Notes: generated from the letters alone by a model not told the origin. DNA of 64,000 nucleotides from Camelus ferus (GCF_009834535.1 NC_045697.1:24182001-24246000); one strand, 5' to 3'; shown: positions 1 through 14,332, numbered from the stretch's first letter. A program made the numbers and translations.

Positions 1-320
1 AAAAAGTAGACACATAATGTCTAACAATATGTTAAATATTATGATAGAAGTCTAGAGAGGATGCTATCATGTAGAGTCTTAATTGTATGCATAGGATTTT
101 CCAAATTATTGTAATAAAGGCAGAGGTAATAGTATGAATATTTCACATCAGGTAAGGTATGAGTATTGACCAAGCAGAATGGGCTTGTAGACAACCACTA
201 AAGACACCCTGGGGCAAACCTTATGCATGTCAACCCTGATTTAGAGTCGTGAGCTACTCACAGACGATCACTATTTGCCATAAATAATAAGGTCGTGATC
301 CCAATACTGGTGAGCTATAT

Positions 321-345
321 ATTCTATTCTATTCTATTCTATTCT
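321..345 (+). repeat. (ATTCT)5 pentanucleotide microsatellite
   Basis: Five perfect ATTCT units read directly from the sequence. Confidence 0.9.
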
Positions 346-879
346 ATATACTGTAACTAACAGAAGTGCTAAGCACAAAGGTGATAGGCGACTATCCACC
401 TACTGTGAACGATGAATATAAATTGGTGATGCTGACCCTCCCTACCAAACAGAATTGTCTTCAATGTTGTATGAGGCTGAAGATGCCATTAAACTCCTGC
501 AACTCATTATTCAAGTGAAAAAGCATAACTCATTGCCAAAACACACTGCCTCACCATTTTTGCCTCTTGAGTTAATAGCTGTCCAGTGATAATGTTATTA
601 ATCATAGTAATTATCAAATTTGAATTCTACTTTTTTCAGTGTATGAAATTTTCAATCATTTTCCATGATTTTGTTGTGTTTACCATCTAATTTCAACATC
701 ACTGAAGGATTTCCAAGAGAAGAAAATATGAAACAATTCCAGTTACAAGCAAATCATCTGAAATACAAGCACTTTAAGTACTGAATCACTAAGACTTTGT
801 CAAGTTTCCCTGCATCTTTTCTCTCCTGGAAACTTTGCTGGTTTGTTTGCTTATTGGGTTTGTTTGGTTATATTTAACT

Positions 880-1075
880 CATTGAGCTTAGATTCCTAAC
901 CTGACTCCACCATTATCAGCTGAGTACCTTTTTTTGTTGCTTGACCAGTGTGCTTCAGTTTCTGCATCTACAAAATAGGGATAGAGGCATCAAAAATTGA
1001 AAAGATTTTGTGGTTAAAAAAGATAAGGCTCTCAGTTTGTGCATGGTTCATAGTAAGTGTCAAATGATTAGTAAC
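880..1075 (+). mobile_element. MIR SINE, decayed
   Basis: Core-like 'tgtgcttcagtttctgcatctacaaaatagggatag' and tail 'catagtaagtgtcaaatg'. Boundaries approximate. Confidence 0.65.
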
Positions 1076-2084
1076 TGAAAATTGTAACTGAGGCTTTTTT
1101 GAAAGATCTTTCTGCAGACATTTAAAGAATGGGGCTTACAAAAATTTTTTGCATTTGTTAACATTTAGTATTTTTAGATTTAATTTACTTCTGCAACATA
1201 AACAATTGTTATAACGAGGAAAAATCACTCAATGCTTAGCTCTTGAAGGCTTGTTGTGAACACACACACAAAAATATTTTTTTTACTTTAGGGGAGCTTG
1301 TGAAGATTAATGAGTTGTTTCTTTGGGTTCAAGTTTTCCACATGCATGGAGTCCACTCTGGAGATGTAATTAATTTCACAACACCAGGGTTTTGTCATCC
1401 AACATTCCCGTGCCATGCAGCTATGATAAGTATTCTTTAATTAAACCTCAAAATTTGCCACTGTTGTTACATAGTGCAGCTCGAGCACAGATAGACCTCT
1501 GTGGACCACAAAGGTTTTAATATGCAGCTGGGGAAGCTTAGTAATAGAATGCTTACATGAAAGCCTTCTGAGTTGGTGTCCAAAGTTCTTAAAACTTTTA
1601 ATACATACTTATATCTAAAGAAACAAAAATAACATGGGCGTGCTTAATGAGCTTGCGTTTGTGGTTACAACTTACAGAGGGCAGCAGGGTATGCTTCTGG
1701 GCTAAGAAGGGGCAAAGAACCTTCTTTTGTGATTTTCCTTGGCTCCCATCTTTAGAACTGGGATTCTTCTAGGCTTCTAGAAAATGACTTTCCTGTGAAT
1801 ACTGCTGAGAATACTCTTTCCCTTAGGATTTGAGTACAAAAAAAAACCAGACCAAATCGGGTTGGTTTAATTTGATGTTCGTTACTCCAGCTCTATAAAC
1901 TTAGGAAGCATTTAGTCTGTGTCAGCTTGAACTGTTTCAGTGGGTGTTTCAATCATGGTTCAGTAACAAAATGAATATGTATATTCACTTAAAGTTTCAA
2001 AGTGATACGTGTGATTTTTTTGTCCTTTGATTCAGGATTTGATTTCAGAGTTGTATTAGCGACTTGATAAAAATTAGGGTGAAA

Positions 2085-2310
2085 AAGTATAATCTTGTGC
2101 AGTGGACAAGAGCTCAGGTTCCCGTTTCCATCACTTATCCCTTACGTAATCTTAGATAAGCTACTAAATATCTCTTGTCTTTGGTTTATTTATCTTTACA
2201 GTGGGATTAAGAGTCATATTTATTTCATAGAATTGCTGTGCAGATTGGAAGAAATAGCAAAAGGTGCTTGTAAGATGGGCATATAGCAAGCATTCTGTAA
2301 ATGGTATTGA
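2085..2310 (+). mobile_element. MIR SINE, decayed
   Basis: Contains 'agtggacaagagctcagg', 'cttagataagctactaaatatctct', 'tttcatagaattgctgtgcagatt' and 'catatagcaagcattctgtaaatgg'. Confidence 0.65.
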
Positions 2311-3779
2311 TGATCATTTAAAACAACTAATGGTGAGAGTGGCAAGTGGGACTAGAACTAAAGTGAACTCCAGAATACTTTTTGTAGCAACATGATATAA
2401 TGAGAAAATCGTCAGATCTGTTAAAAGGTTGTATTTCCATCCCGGATACTCTGGAGAAAGAATGAAAGGCAGCCTTTTCTGTTCTCACACTCTTGTTTTG
2501 CTTCAGAGCACTGTTGCTACATAGAATTAGGTTCCTTGAGGGGAATTATGCTGGGAAGAAGTGAGCTGGTAGGGTGGGAGGGGTGCAGTGTAATTCATGG
2601 AAGAAATACCCAAGGATAAATTTCAGTTACTTCTGAGACCCCAGGGAAGAGATAGACTTCTGCAGGCCCCTGAAATTTTAGGGAATCTATGGTGACATCT
2701 CTGGAGGTGAAAACTAGGTATAGTATCTTCCATCTAAGACACAAATACTTGTATCTGAACTGAATATGTGCAAGCAGAACTTCTGTCTGCAAGGGTCATG
2801 GAGGTTTGAACATAGAGCATAACAATGGTGACCAGTGTGAAGTGAAGACAGATTTGTCTTTTTTTTAATTTCTGAATTTCATATTGTCATAACCCTAGAG
2901 AGACCCCTAAAATGACTGAGAGTGAGCCCTGAAAATCAAAGCAAAGAAAATAAATGGAGCCAACTCTGGTCGCAAAAGAAATTGAGCTCAGACTTGACAG
3001 CTTTGTTTCCCTGCAAGAAATATGCAGTAGACTTTGTCCAGGGAATGGCAACAAAAGTGGTAGCTGCCTCCTGCTATCTGAGTTCCCGATTCCTGAGACT
3101 GTGGAATAAGTACAGTGACCTCAAGGATGAGCACAACATCCTGAAATTTTAGGACAGGGGATGTGCTCATTACACTGAACAAGAACAAGTATTTATTTAG
3201 TTGCCAAAGATAGTTGTTCTTCAGATTATTTCATGCCAACTAATGCTTCTTCAGATTCAAAAGATAATTCCTCTAGGCTTAATATTCTAGGTTTAAAGAA
3301 AGTATTTTTGCAGAAAGAGACTCTCCAAGTGAATCTTTTGTTGTAAAATGGAGGTGAAATAATTTTTCATGTAAACCATCCTTAAACATTTTTAAGAGAC
3401 TATCATTCACACAGCCCTGTTGGCTTTTGTGTGGAAATTACTGTCTTGGTGGAAATCTGGCTCAAAGTAAAGACCTAGGTAACTGGGCACATGCCTACTC
3501 CATGGTTAAGAAAGGGCACAGCATTACAGACACTGGAGTGGAAGTCTTTTTTTTTTTTTTCAAGTTCCACTGTTCACTGAAAAAGGATATAGCAGAGTCA
3601 TTGATTATTAAATCATGTTGTGTTCCATATGGCTATAGGAGACTGGAACTCATGAGAGATGCTCTTCATCACATATTCTGGACACCTTTTCTCCCCTGCC
3701 CCAACACATTAATGCCAAGCTATAATCTCTGAAAGCTTAAATTTACTGAGGAAAATAGTAAGACTTGAGAATATCTGCC

Positions 3780-4040
3780 AAAACTCAAAATAAAAAAAAA
3801 AAAATTCAAAATGTAAATGCTGGAGTCAATCAAAATACAGTAAAATCAGTTAAGATCTCAGTCTGTGGACTTATTTGCAGCTTAAACAGAGCTGAAACAT
3901 GAATTAGAGTACTGAAAGAAAGATAAACAGGAAAAAAGAAGAAAGGGAGACAAAAGAATGAGGCTGGGGAGTAAGGTTATCAGACATAGAAGACAGAATG
4001 AAACAGCGCAACATACTTAGAATCGGGGGTCCTAGACCAA
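3780..4040 (+). mobile_element. Ancient L1/HAL1 ORF1 fragment
   Basis: 'gacatagaagacagaatgaaacagcgcaacatacttagaatcgggggtcc' resembles the L1 ORF1 segment encoding D-x-E-D-R-x-R-x-x-N-I-x-x-I-G-V. Confidence 0.5.
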
Positions 4041-5879
4041 AGCTTGCAAATAGCAGATGTTCAAAAATTATATATTAAATGAATGAATGAAGTGGAAAAG
4101 ATGTATCATGAATTGCCGTTTGGAAAATATTTGTTAAATATGTATTTTACTTTGCTAATGACATATGACACAGGACATATGACACAGTTCTTTGGTGATG
4201 GAAGAACTTCAAGTTTAAACTAAAACAAAAAGTTATCATACTCAGAATGTTTCAGAATGATCATGGGTACTATAAGAAGTTAACTGAGGGTTTGAGAGAG
4301 CTTCATAAAGGCTATGCCTCTATACTTGCTCTAAGAACAGTTTATCTGATCACTAGACTTTTTTATGTATTCCATTTTATTCTGCCAATAATATTATTTA
4401 TCCTCGTATCTTGCTTATTAACAGCATCTTTATGGAGTCTGAAAAGAAAATATTGATAACTCCATAGAGTAGGTATAAGAAATATTACCTCAATAGAAAT
4501 GAGTATCAATTTTATTCAGGAGAGCTTTTAAAGTAAATCATACTGTTATTTAAATGAAGTTAATAAAAAATTATTGAACTTATTATAGAAATGTTTATTC
4601 CCCCAATAGAAGCAACCTCTAAAAAGTTAGCATTATTTGCAACAAAATGCCTGAATGGTATTCATGACTGATGGTTTTAATCTAGAATTTATTTTCTCCT
4701 GAAGCATATGACTTTTTCCTCCACTTCTGGATCAATAAGGCAGTATGTCACTTCCAAACAGTACTTAATTTGAAGCTTCGGCTACTATCATGTTGCAGTA
4801 AAACTCCCATTGAATAATCCCTGCCTGTTCCCCATTCCTATTCCTTTTCCAAAGCATTATATATAAAAAACATATGCTCAGCTGGTTTCCTGAAACCCAG
4901 TCCCTCAGGCAGAAAGACAGATAAGTTCGTCTGAATGATTTTTTTTCTCCTTTGCCTCACTCTCTTAAGGCCTGACTCTACCTGCCTGAAAATAGATCAG
5001 AAAGTGTATTAAATTAACTTCTATTTTATTTCTGACTGCTTCAGGAAATGAATTATCCAACCTGAAGTAAACTTATCTTCTTCCTCTTCTTTCCTCAATA
5101 TCCTTAAGGAAAATCTTCCTGCACTATTACTTCAGATGGAAGGGTTTGAACTCTACAATTGACTTTAAACTTTATTTCGAGATGAGCATCAATCACTAGT
5201 TAAAAGGGCTTAGCTCATTTGTTTAGCAACACTTCCAATTACCTACCATTTATTGAAGATTCAGCATGGATATATACCAGGCACTTACTGCTATTTTTAT
5301 ATACTTATTTACATGCATGTCTTTTAATTTCAATTGCAATGCCCTATGAAATATTTCAGGGTTCCTAAAATATTTTACCACCAGAAGAGATGGAGAATCA
5401 GAGTATCGTAGTTTCTAAGTGGTAGGACAAAGAATTTAAAAATGAACTAAAGTGTTAAAAGAGAGCTTAGCTTTCTGTGAAATTCTCTCATTTTTACTGA
5501 TGGGGAAAATAGTGAAAAGATAGCTTAAAAATGAAGTAAAACTGCCATAAGCCCTTAAAGTGTACCAGGTTTCTCTATGATCAATCATGGATACAAAATC
5601 CTTCACGGTGTTAATCTCTGTATCCACTGAATTTTCTCTGTTCCTGAAATATACTTTTATTATTTATTACGGGCACTTATCCTTCCAACCAATGTTTATG
5701 AAGCCCTCTTCTGTGCCAGATTTATTGTAGACTGTGGGGACACAATGGTGAGGGGGAAAAAATGTATTCCTTATCATCTGGAGTTTATACTCTGGTAGGG
5801 GAGACAGACAGTAACAAAATACATTAATTAACTCTCTAGAAGAAACTGTTTTAGAGAGTAAAATAAAAGTATGTTTAAA

Positions 5880-6700
5880 GATACAATGCACAGTCACATA
5901 CAAGAAAAATACAAGAATATTTTAAAAACAAGCAAAAATCGTATATAAATTATATATAGATGTACAAATATTGGTTGATAGAGAATAGAGATATAAATAT
6001 ATAGAATAAGAGAAATAATCCAATAGAAAAGTCATTAAGAGACTTGAGCAAGCATTTTATAAGGGATTCTCACCAAATGATAAAACTATGCAATTATTAT
6101 TAGCTTCTCTAGTAATCAGTAAAATGTTAATTAAGATGAAAATTAAGTACCCTTACATACATAACACAATTGCTAATACTTAAAAAGTGCAGAGTTTCAC
6201 AAAGGATATGACACATCAAGAAATTTCAGACACAGTTCTTGAGAGTGGAAATTGGTATAACCACTTCAGAAAACACTGAAACTCAATGTATATGTAACCA
6301 TTGACACAGCAATTTCACTCACATGACATTCCCAACAGAAGTCTATGCACTCTGCACCAAAAGACAGGTACCATAAAATGTCATTAGCTATTATTCTTAG
6401 AACAAAAAATTGGAATTAATGCAAATACCTATCATTATTAAAATAGATCCAAAATTAAAATAGATTTTAAATTTTTTAATAAAATTGTATATAGCACATT
6501 CACTAGCATGGAAAGAACTAATTGGCATAATATTTAGCAGAAGAAGCTATTATATACAAAGAAATGGTTTATATAAAGATCACAAATAGGCAAAAAAAAA
6601 ACATGCCTCTTGTTAAATCAGGATAGTGCTCATTACTGAAAAGTTATGATAAAATTACGATACTTTAAATACTGGATACTTGGTAGAATTTTCATTTTCA
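5880..6700 (+). mobile_element. Ancient L1 (L1ME-like) 3' region
   Basis: Contains 'aataatccaatagaaaag', 'gagagtggaaattggtataaccactt' and 'gacacagcaatttcactc', typical of the old L1 ORF2 end and 3' UTR. Confidence 0.65.
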
Positions 6701-8067
6701 TGTTCTATTTGGCATTTCCAAAATTCCAAGTGAGAACACATTTTGATATGGTTACTGGACATTTGGCATTCTAGTGAGGGTTTAATAGTCACATTATTTG
6801 CCTAGTTTTTAAAAATGGAATTTGTTTTTTTTTAAATCAGAATTCTTGTATTATTATTATTGTATTATTATTAATCGTTTCTTCAGCAAATATTTTGAAA
6901 TCCTTTTTTCCCAGTTACATTTATTGCATTTCTTTAAAATTTTATCATGTTATATTTCTAATTGCTTATTTTTGTTTAGTATCTGTTTTCCATAAGAGCT
7001 TTTAAAACATATGATTTAATTAATCAAATTAAATTATTGTAAAGTTTCCATCATGATTAGAATACTCTCCCAGTTACAGGATGATATGAGTACATTTCTA
7101 AATTTTGTTTCATATGAAAAAGTTTTTTTAATGTCTAAATCTCTATCTCTGTGAATTATATATGTGACTATGCATGTGTATCATTATCATTCAGTTGGAT
7201 ACATACACACACATGTGCTTTGATTAGGACATCTTAAGCATCATGCATGGTGTCCTGGAATAAGAATTATCCCCAGTGTCACATGAATTTAATTCTAATC
7301 TCATCTTATTCACTACTTTGTTGTTAAACTTCAGGCAACTCACTTTATATCTCTGGTCTGTTACTTCAGCTGTGAAACGAGTTGATTTGACAAGATTGTA
7401 TCTAAGGAATCTAAGAATTTGTTAGATAGGAACTGAATCCTTTTGAAGAGTTCGCCTCAGTTTTGACAGTTTATGAATTCTGTGTGTGGTCCTAATCTCT
7501 GCAAGAGCATCAAAATCTGTAACCTTTTGCTGGTTAAAGTTCATTCTCACATCTGAAATTAGAGGGAAAACTAATGTTCACGTTATCTATATTAGGCACA
7601 TATATAATTAATTTCTTAGATATTAAGCTCCTTTGTCTAGGTGGGATTTCTGACCTCATATTCACAACTGTCGGTGTTTTGACCAAGGCTGCTGCCAGAT
7701 CCAAATGCATTCAGTCTTCAAGATACCTAGCTTCTTAACACTTGTAGCTTGAATATAGAAGATTAATTTGCGAATTCAGTTTCATTCCTCTGGTAATTAC
7801 AGCAAGGAAATTGTATTCTTCATGGATTATGTTTCTTAAGACTCATATGAAAGCCGTCTTAGGAAATCAAAGAAAATTATGTTGAGTAAGAGGGTGATAG
7901 AACATGTAAAATTGGAGAAATGGAGGTGAGGGGACAAGAAGCCCTGTGTCCCTGAGAGACAAGAGAATAGCTTCCTTTTTTCTGTCACTTTCAGGTTTAG
8001 ATGAAGCACATCTGATTAATTTACTTTCTTTAGATCTCATGATCTGTCTATAAATTTCTTTATATGA

Positions 8068-8218
8068 GAGCTATGGACTTAATTCTGTCCTCCCCAAATA
8101 CTGTGCTGAAGTCCTACCTGACCGCCAGTGTGATGGTATTTGTTTATGAGACCTCTCAGAGAGAATTCAGTTTAGATGAGGTAATGAGGGTGGGGCCGTC
8201 ATGATGGGACTAAATGCA
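8068..8218 (+). mobile_element. MaLR LTR (MLT1A/B-like), 5' fragment
   Basis: 'gctatggacttaattctgtcctccccaaa...gtgtgatggtattt...ttagatgaggtaatgagggtggggcc...atgatgggacta'. Confidence 0.75.
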
Positions 8219-8929
8219 GAAAATATACTGGTTTATCAAAAGCATGAAAGTAGAAATTATACAAGTGGTCTTCCTGACTCTTCAGACACCATCTGTAGCT
8301 TAAGTATAAATGAGAATAAGATAGTTCCCATTAATGAATTAGAAAGGCAAATGGAACAGATATTCTATCATTTTAGAGTTAAAAAAAAAAAAAAGATGTC
8401 TTTTTATAAGGAAGACCTGGGTCAGAAGAACAACAACAACAAAAAATAAATAAAAAATAAAAACAAAATCATAAAGATAGATATAACTCAAAAATATTGG
8501 CTTAGATTGCTTAAAGATTCTATTCTAAATTATTAATATTTGTTGTGATATGTTACATGGACATATTTACTGCTTAGTTTTTTTCCTTCTTTTCTTCCTC
8601 TTTTTATTACAGCTGTTTTCACAATTTATCTCTTTCTCATTTTGCTTTTTCTTAGGCAAATCTTTTAGTATCTTCAAAACTTCTCCTTTCTAAGTTGTAA
8701 TTAACAGAATTACAGAATTTCAAACTCAAGCTTTCGTTTTTGTCCTTTAATTCAAAGAATTGAGCCTCTATTAAATAGGTCCTCAACTCAAATTTGTGAA
8801 CCAAAATACAGATACTCAATGCAGGAATCAGTGCACAAAATAAGATTCCAAGTTAGATGTTCTTAGTAGCAAAGGTGCTGGCAACAAAGTGTCCTGTCCG
8901 TAAATGACAAAAAAATTGTTTCATGGCAT

Positions 8930-9150
8930 CTAAGGTTTACAATGTGCTTAGTAGTATATGTGAATGTATTATAAAGATAATATTATCTCAATAGTTTAAG
9001 ACACTGTAAATCATTTACTACACTTCTATTTTACAGGTGAGAAAAGTAAAGATATAAATAGCAACTGTTTTATTCAAGTTCACATGCCAAGTAGGCCTCA
9101 GAATTCAAACCCATGGCTGTTACATTTCACAGCTCTCAACTTTTCACTGG
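8930..9150 (-). mobile_element. MIR SINE, decayed
   Basis: Reverse core 'ctattttacaggtgagaaaagtaaag...caagttcacatgccaagtag...gaattcaaaccca'. Confidence 0.65.
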
Positions 9151-10861
9151 GCCATGTTCCCATACAACTTTTCCAAAACACTTAGAATATTTTTTGGTTT
9201 TGATTTTTGAAACATCTATATTAAGAACTTGATTTTAGTTGCTGGCAAGATTTTGATATTAAGAAGCAAATAAAAGATGATTTGTGGTATTTTGTTTTCT
9301 TTTCCCCCAAATCTGGGTGGTATTTATTCACTATTTTAGGGGAAATTTCGAACAAAGAGTCTGTTACACCACTGGGAACAGACTCTCTTTTGTAGTTTCT
9401 TCTAATTATCACTTGAAATTATAGCCTTTGAAGGCACAGGATCTATTAGTCTTCCTCTCCCCAAATGTCCTGACCAATAACCCCTTCTACATTTGCCACT
9501 GCAAAGCCATATGGAGCTGCTCAGTCTTTTATTAAGACTCTTGACTGAGAAGCCTCGTGGGGCTGTGAACAGCCAGGGAAAGAGAAAAGGATTAGTAGTA
9601 ATAATACTAAGACTAGACTAGAAAAAAGCTGGTTCAGCAGATATAGGGACCATAATTTCACATCCTCCTATGCCAGCGGCAAGGGAACTAATTACATGGC
9701 AGACACTATGAACTTCAGGTACATTTTTCATTTCACCTCAGTTGAAGTCAAGTCTTCTAAAGAATTTGCTATATAAAACAATGTGTTTGCTGCCAAGATG
9801 CACTAAAATATATATGACAAAAATATAGTACTAGACTCTATATAAGAAAAATTCCCAAAGCGATGAAATTACTTCTTCCTCTCCCATTAAGAAGGGGACT
9901 TATTTTCAATCAGTGCATTACAATATCCTTGTTCATTGTGATGCTTTATGGTGCACTATGAGTAGGTGATTGTGTTTCTCAACAAGACTTATTTTCTGAA
10001 CTTGAGAGTGTAGAAAACTGTGAAGTTGTACAATGCAGTTTTTGCATTTTTTTAATATTTAAAAAGAAATGCTGTTTTTCAAAATATAATAAATGATAGC
10101 ACTAATGACTATCAAACTATTGCTTTTTTATTCTTTAAATATTTATGCAAATGTGAATTTAATCTTTACATTCAATTTCTTTCCATTTCAAGGAGATTTT
10201 TTAAAATTGTCAACCAAAGGTGTTCATTGAATACACATTGTATACAGAGATCTAAAACAGCCATTACGAGGGGGTGATATTTTTTAGATGATTGTCATAA
10301 CCTCTAAAGATGTTAATGTATTGGAAGAAAGTACATAAAACAATGAAAATAGGATCAAATGTGTCATAAATATGAATAGTTATTGGTATGTACAGAGAAC
10401 TCTATATGGAAGTGAATAAACTGACTTCCAGTTTCCTTTAACATTGATTCCAATTCATTCCCCTCCTCCCCTCCTCTACTTATGAACATCTCTCATCATC
10501 CATGTCCATAAACCATCTATCACCATGGTCTTAATGATGTCTCTAGTCCCATGATCCTTTTATTTTTACGAAGCCTTATTTCCCTACCCCTTTCCTCTCA
10601 GGCAGCTACTTCAAATATATAGCCACTTTTCTCAAGGTTCTTCACTAGTGACTATTTTAAGAGAGATCTATATCCAACTACCTACTGGATAATCATTAAT
10701 TAAATAAATGATTTTATACAGTTTATAGTACCTGCTAAATGCTAGGATTAAAATTATATAAAAATCAAGAGTGATTTCTGCCTTTATAGAAATTACATTC
10801 TAGATACTACCATTAGGACAAAACTTATCTCAAATATCTAGAACTTAACTTCTTAGTATAT

Positions 10862-11500
10862 TGTGAGAGAGACAAGCTAATGATTCACTAAACAATTTTT
10901 TGTCTTTGCCTTGCACAAATAACAAATCCATACCTGTCGTCTTCCTTTGTCTTTAAATGTGGTCCTCTGGTTGAGAGGTCACATTACTGAGTTCTGGCCA
11001 GTGGAATGTAAGTGGAGGTAATGGGTGTCACATTTAGCATGGCTCATAGTTACCTCCCATGTATGACATCTTCTCATTTGCCATTCCACTGGACACAGTT
11101 AAACCTATGAAATGGTGAGCTTTAAAAGGAGGATAACCAGTGATCCTGAATCACTGTCAAGAAAAGAGCAACCTGCTGACCAGAAATATCCTTTTGCTCT
11201 TTATGTGAGTGGAAAATATACTCCTACTGATGTAGGAGATTACAGAGCTTGTGTTTTACTGCTCTGATAATGTAACTGATACAGAAATAGGTGAGAGAGA
11301 GCTATAAAAGTAACTCCTCAAATTTGTGACATTGGCTTTATAATAGAGGATAGCAAAGAAACATACTGGAGGCTGAAGAGGTGGAAAACCATTATACAAC
11401 ACTTATTAAAACTGTTACGTGCTATGACTTGGAAGATACTACACAGAGCTTATGGCTCTAAGAGGCATAGTTGGTATCATAATACAGATTGGCTTTTCCT
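10862..11500 (+). mobile_element. MaLR LTR (MLT1I/J-like, ~10862-11283) followed by internal sequence
   Basis: 'actgagttctggccagtggaatgtaagtggaggtaatgggtgtcac' and 'cctgaatcactg'. The LTR ends in 'aactgataca' and is followed by 'gaaataggt', resembling an MaLR internal start. Internal-like sequence appears to resume after ~12483. Confidence 0.65.
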
Positions 11501-11509
11501 ATTACTTTA

Positions 11510-11709
11510 TACATATATATATATTATTGAAGTATAGTCAGTTTATAATGTTGTGTCAATTTATGGTGTATGGCATAATGCTTCAGTCATACGTGAAGGT
11601 ACATATATATGTTTTTGTATTCTTTCTCACTGTGAATTACTACAAGATATTGAATCTAGCTCCCTGTGCTATACAGTATGAACTTGTTTATCATATTCAT
11701 ATGTGTATA

Positions 11710-11761
<52 letters not shown>

Positions 11762-12482
11762 AGTATTAGTTAGTATCTGCAAATCTCAAACTCCCAATTT
11801 ATCCCTTCCCATTCCCTTCCACCCAGTAAACATAAGTTTGTTTTCTATGTCTGTGAGTCTGTTTCTGTTTTGTAAATAAGTTCATTTGTCTTTTTTTTAG
11901 ATTCCACCTATAAGTGATATCGTGTGGTATTTTTCTTTCTCTTTCTGGCTTACTTAACTTAGAATGACAGTCTCCAGGCCCATCCATGTTGCTGCAAATG
12001 GCATTATTTTATTATTTTTTTATGATTGAGTGGTATTCCATTGTATAAATATACCAAAACTTCTTTATTCAGTCACCTGTTGATGGACATTTAGGTTGTT
12101 TCCATGCCTTGGCTGTTGTAAATAGTGCTGCTGTGAACATTGGGGTGTATGCATCTTTTTGAATTAAGTTTCCCTCTGGATATATGCCCAGGAGTGGGAT
12201 TGATGGATCATACACTAAGTCTATTTTTAGTCTTTTGAGGAATCTCCATACTGTTTTCCATAATGGCTGCACCGACCTACATTCCCACCAGCAGTGTAGG
12301 AGGGTTCCCTTTTCTCAACATCCTCTCCAGAATTTATCATTTGTGGACTTTTTAATGATGGCCATTCTGACTGGTATGAAGTGATACCTCATTGTAGCTT
12401 TGATTTGCATTTGTCTGATAATTAGCAATACTGAGCATTTTTTCATGTGCCTATTGGCCATTTGTTTGTCTTCACTGGAGAA
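11510..12482 (-). mobile_element. 5'-truncated LINE-1 (camelid/cetartiodactyl type): ORF2 C-terminus and 3' UTR
   Basis: ORF 12069-12272(-) [31 protein letters not shown]...PMFTAALFTTAKAWKQPKCPS is the L1 ORF2 C-terminal region. The 3' end reads 'ttattgaagtatagtcagtttataatg'. Confidence 0.95.
11711..11758 (+). repeat. (GT)n(AT)n microsatellite inside the L1 3' UTR
   Basis: Read directly from the sequence. Confidence 0.9.
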
Positions 12483-13529
12483 TTCCTTAACATATTTTAC
12501 AGGAAATCCATGTGCACAGACTGGAATTGGACAATTTTCAAAGAGAAAAAAATTGGATATAAAGAATTCATAAATTATAGGATGTGAACAGTTGGAAGAG
12601 GAAAAATACTATCACATGATAACTTAGGATTTTAAGCTACAGACAGTGACTGCATTGAACTTTGGGTTGACACAACTGATATAAGGATGTTTTTGATATA
12701 TGAGAAGAGAAATGAAATCAGTATTTGGTGGCTAGAAGAAAAAAATGTTTCTTAGGACCTGGGGGAGCCATAATATGGAAGGTATTTGAAATATTGCTCA
12801 CTACTTGGAAGGTAGAAATACTCATTTTGAAATTAAATGATGATAATCTTTCAGGACTATTTTAAAGACTTTATTTGTTACAACAACCAACAGTAACTAA
12901 TACATTTATCCCTCCCTCTGACAGGAATCCTATTCTTTATTTTTGTTTCTTTGGTTTGTTTTTAAGACTAAATCATATTTAGAATTGAATTATTGGGAGT
13001 GGGAGGAAATACCCATTCCAACACACCTTTTCCTCTCTCTTCTGTTCCCTACCACTCAATAGTGGGAAAGAAGTAGAGGAGAGGGAGCCACTCTTCATCA
13101 CTAACTGCCTACAGGGAGGTGGTTGTATTACTTTGGCTCATCAAACTCTGCTGCCTCACTTCATTGTCTATGGGTTAAGTATAGAAAAGTTGTCCAGTAG
13201 TTGAGGAATTTCTAACAGATAACTTTCTAAGGCACTGGTACTTCTGGTGAATTGGCCTCATCTTCTTTCTGATTTGCAACTGGCACCAATATTCTGCATT
13301 TTTTAATGTGTGTTCTTCTTTGCCTTATGCCATTGAAGGCCCTTGTAAGACTATGAATAAAATAATAATAGAAGTATTAGTCATCAGGTAACCTATATTG
13401 AGAACTTGCTAAGCTCCAAGAAGTGTTCTAAGTTTTTAAAATGTGGAATAATATTTCATCATTATACCATTCCTATGAAATGATGATCTTTCCCCATTTT
13501 ATAGATAAGAAAACCAAAGTGCTTTCATA

Positions 13530-14250
13530 AAACTGATCAAGGAAAATAAAGAAACCTCTTTAAGACCCCAGTGTCAGACATAAAATAGAAGGCACCATCT
13601 AAGATACTTTAGATGTTAAAAAGAAAATAATGGGGGTATTATTTTAAAATAATTTATAAATTTTAAAATAATTTATAAAATAATTTGTAATAAATTATAA
13701 ATCTTTAAATGAAATGGACAAGTGGCATCTACCAAATCTGACAGAAATAGTTGCATGAAATTTCAACAAATATAGAGCTAATAAAGCAGTTCAACTTTTA
13801 ATGAAAAACATTCCATGAAGAAAATCATAGCCAAAATATCTTTATTGATCAATTTAACCAAACTTACAAAGGAAAAAAAAAAAAAAACCTGAATATTACA
13901 TTAATACTTCCAGAGAGGGAAGAAAAGAGTGGATACACTGGATCTCATTTTGGGAGACTACCATAATCTTTTTAGGAAGGAAATCTAACAATAACAAAAA
14001 TTTGACTTAATATCATTAAAAAAATGCAAAATTCCTTTTAAAGTTAGCAAATCAAATCCGGAATGATGTAATTATAATAAAATAAGACATTGTAGATTTA
14101 GAAGGGTCATTAATAAAACAGAATATGGGCATGCAAATAAGATTTGAAAAGCCAAATGATAATGTGTGAGTTTGGTTTAAAATCTGAACACCAAAGCAAT
14201 TTGCACATTAACAAAATAACGGAGATATATAATCAACTTAATATTTTAAT
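13530..14250 (+). mobile_element. Ancient L1 ORF2 fragment
   Basis: A-rich decayed ORF2-like text including 'ttaaatgaaatggacaa', 'atacttccagagag' and 'ttagcaaatcaaatcc'. Confidence 0.55.
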
Positions 14251-14332
14251 GATTACATAATCATGTTCAATAAACATTTTTGAATGAAAGAATGATTGAA
14301 TAAATGAAGAAAATGGTGATAGTCTGATGCAT

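Noticed and set aside
4160..4187. 14-bp tandem duplication gacatatgacacag x2
   Set aside because: Real but an ordinary slippage duplication with no functional indication.
12069..12384. ORFs at 12069-12272(-), 12184-12384(+), 11799-11987(-) and the similar set at 18103-18989 as genes
   Set aside because: They are sense or antisense readings of decayed L1 ORF2 and 3' UTR, not host genes.
13031..13086. Pre-miRNA-like hairpin
   Set aside because: Pairing comes from low-complexity pyrimidine and purine tracts with many bulges.
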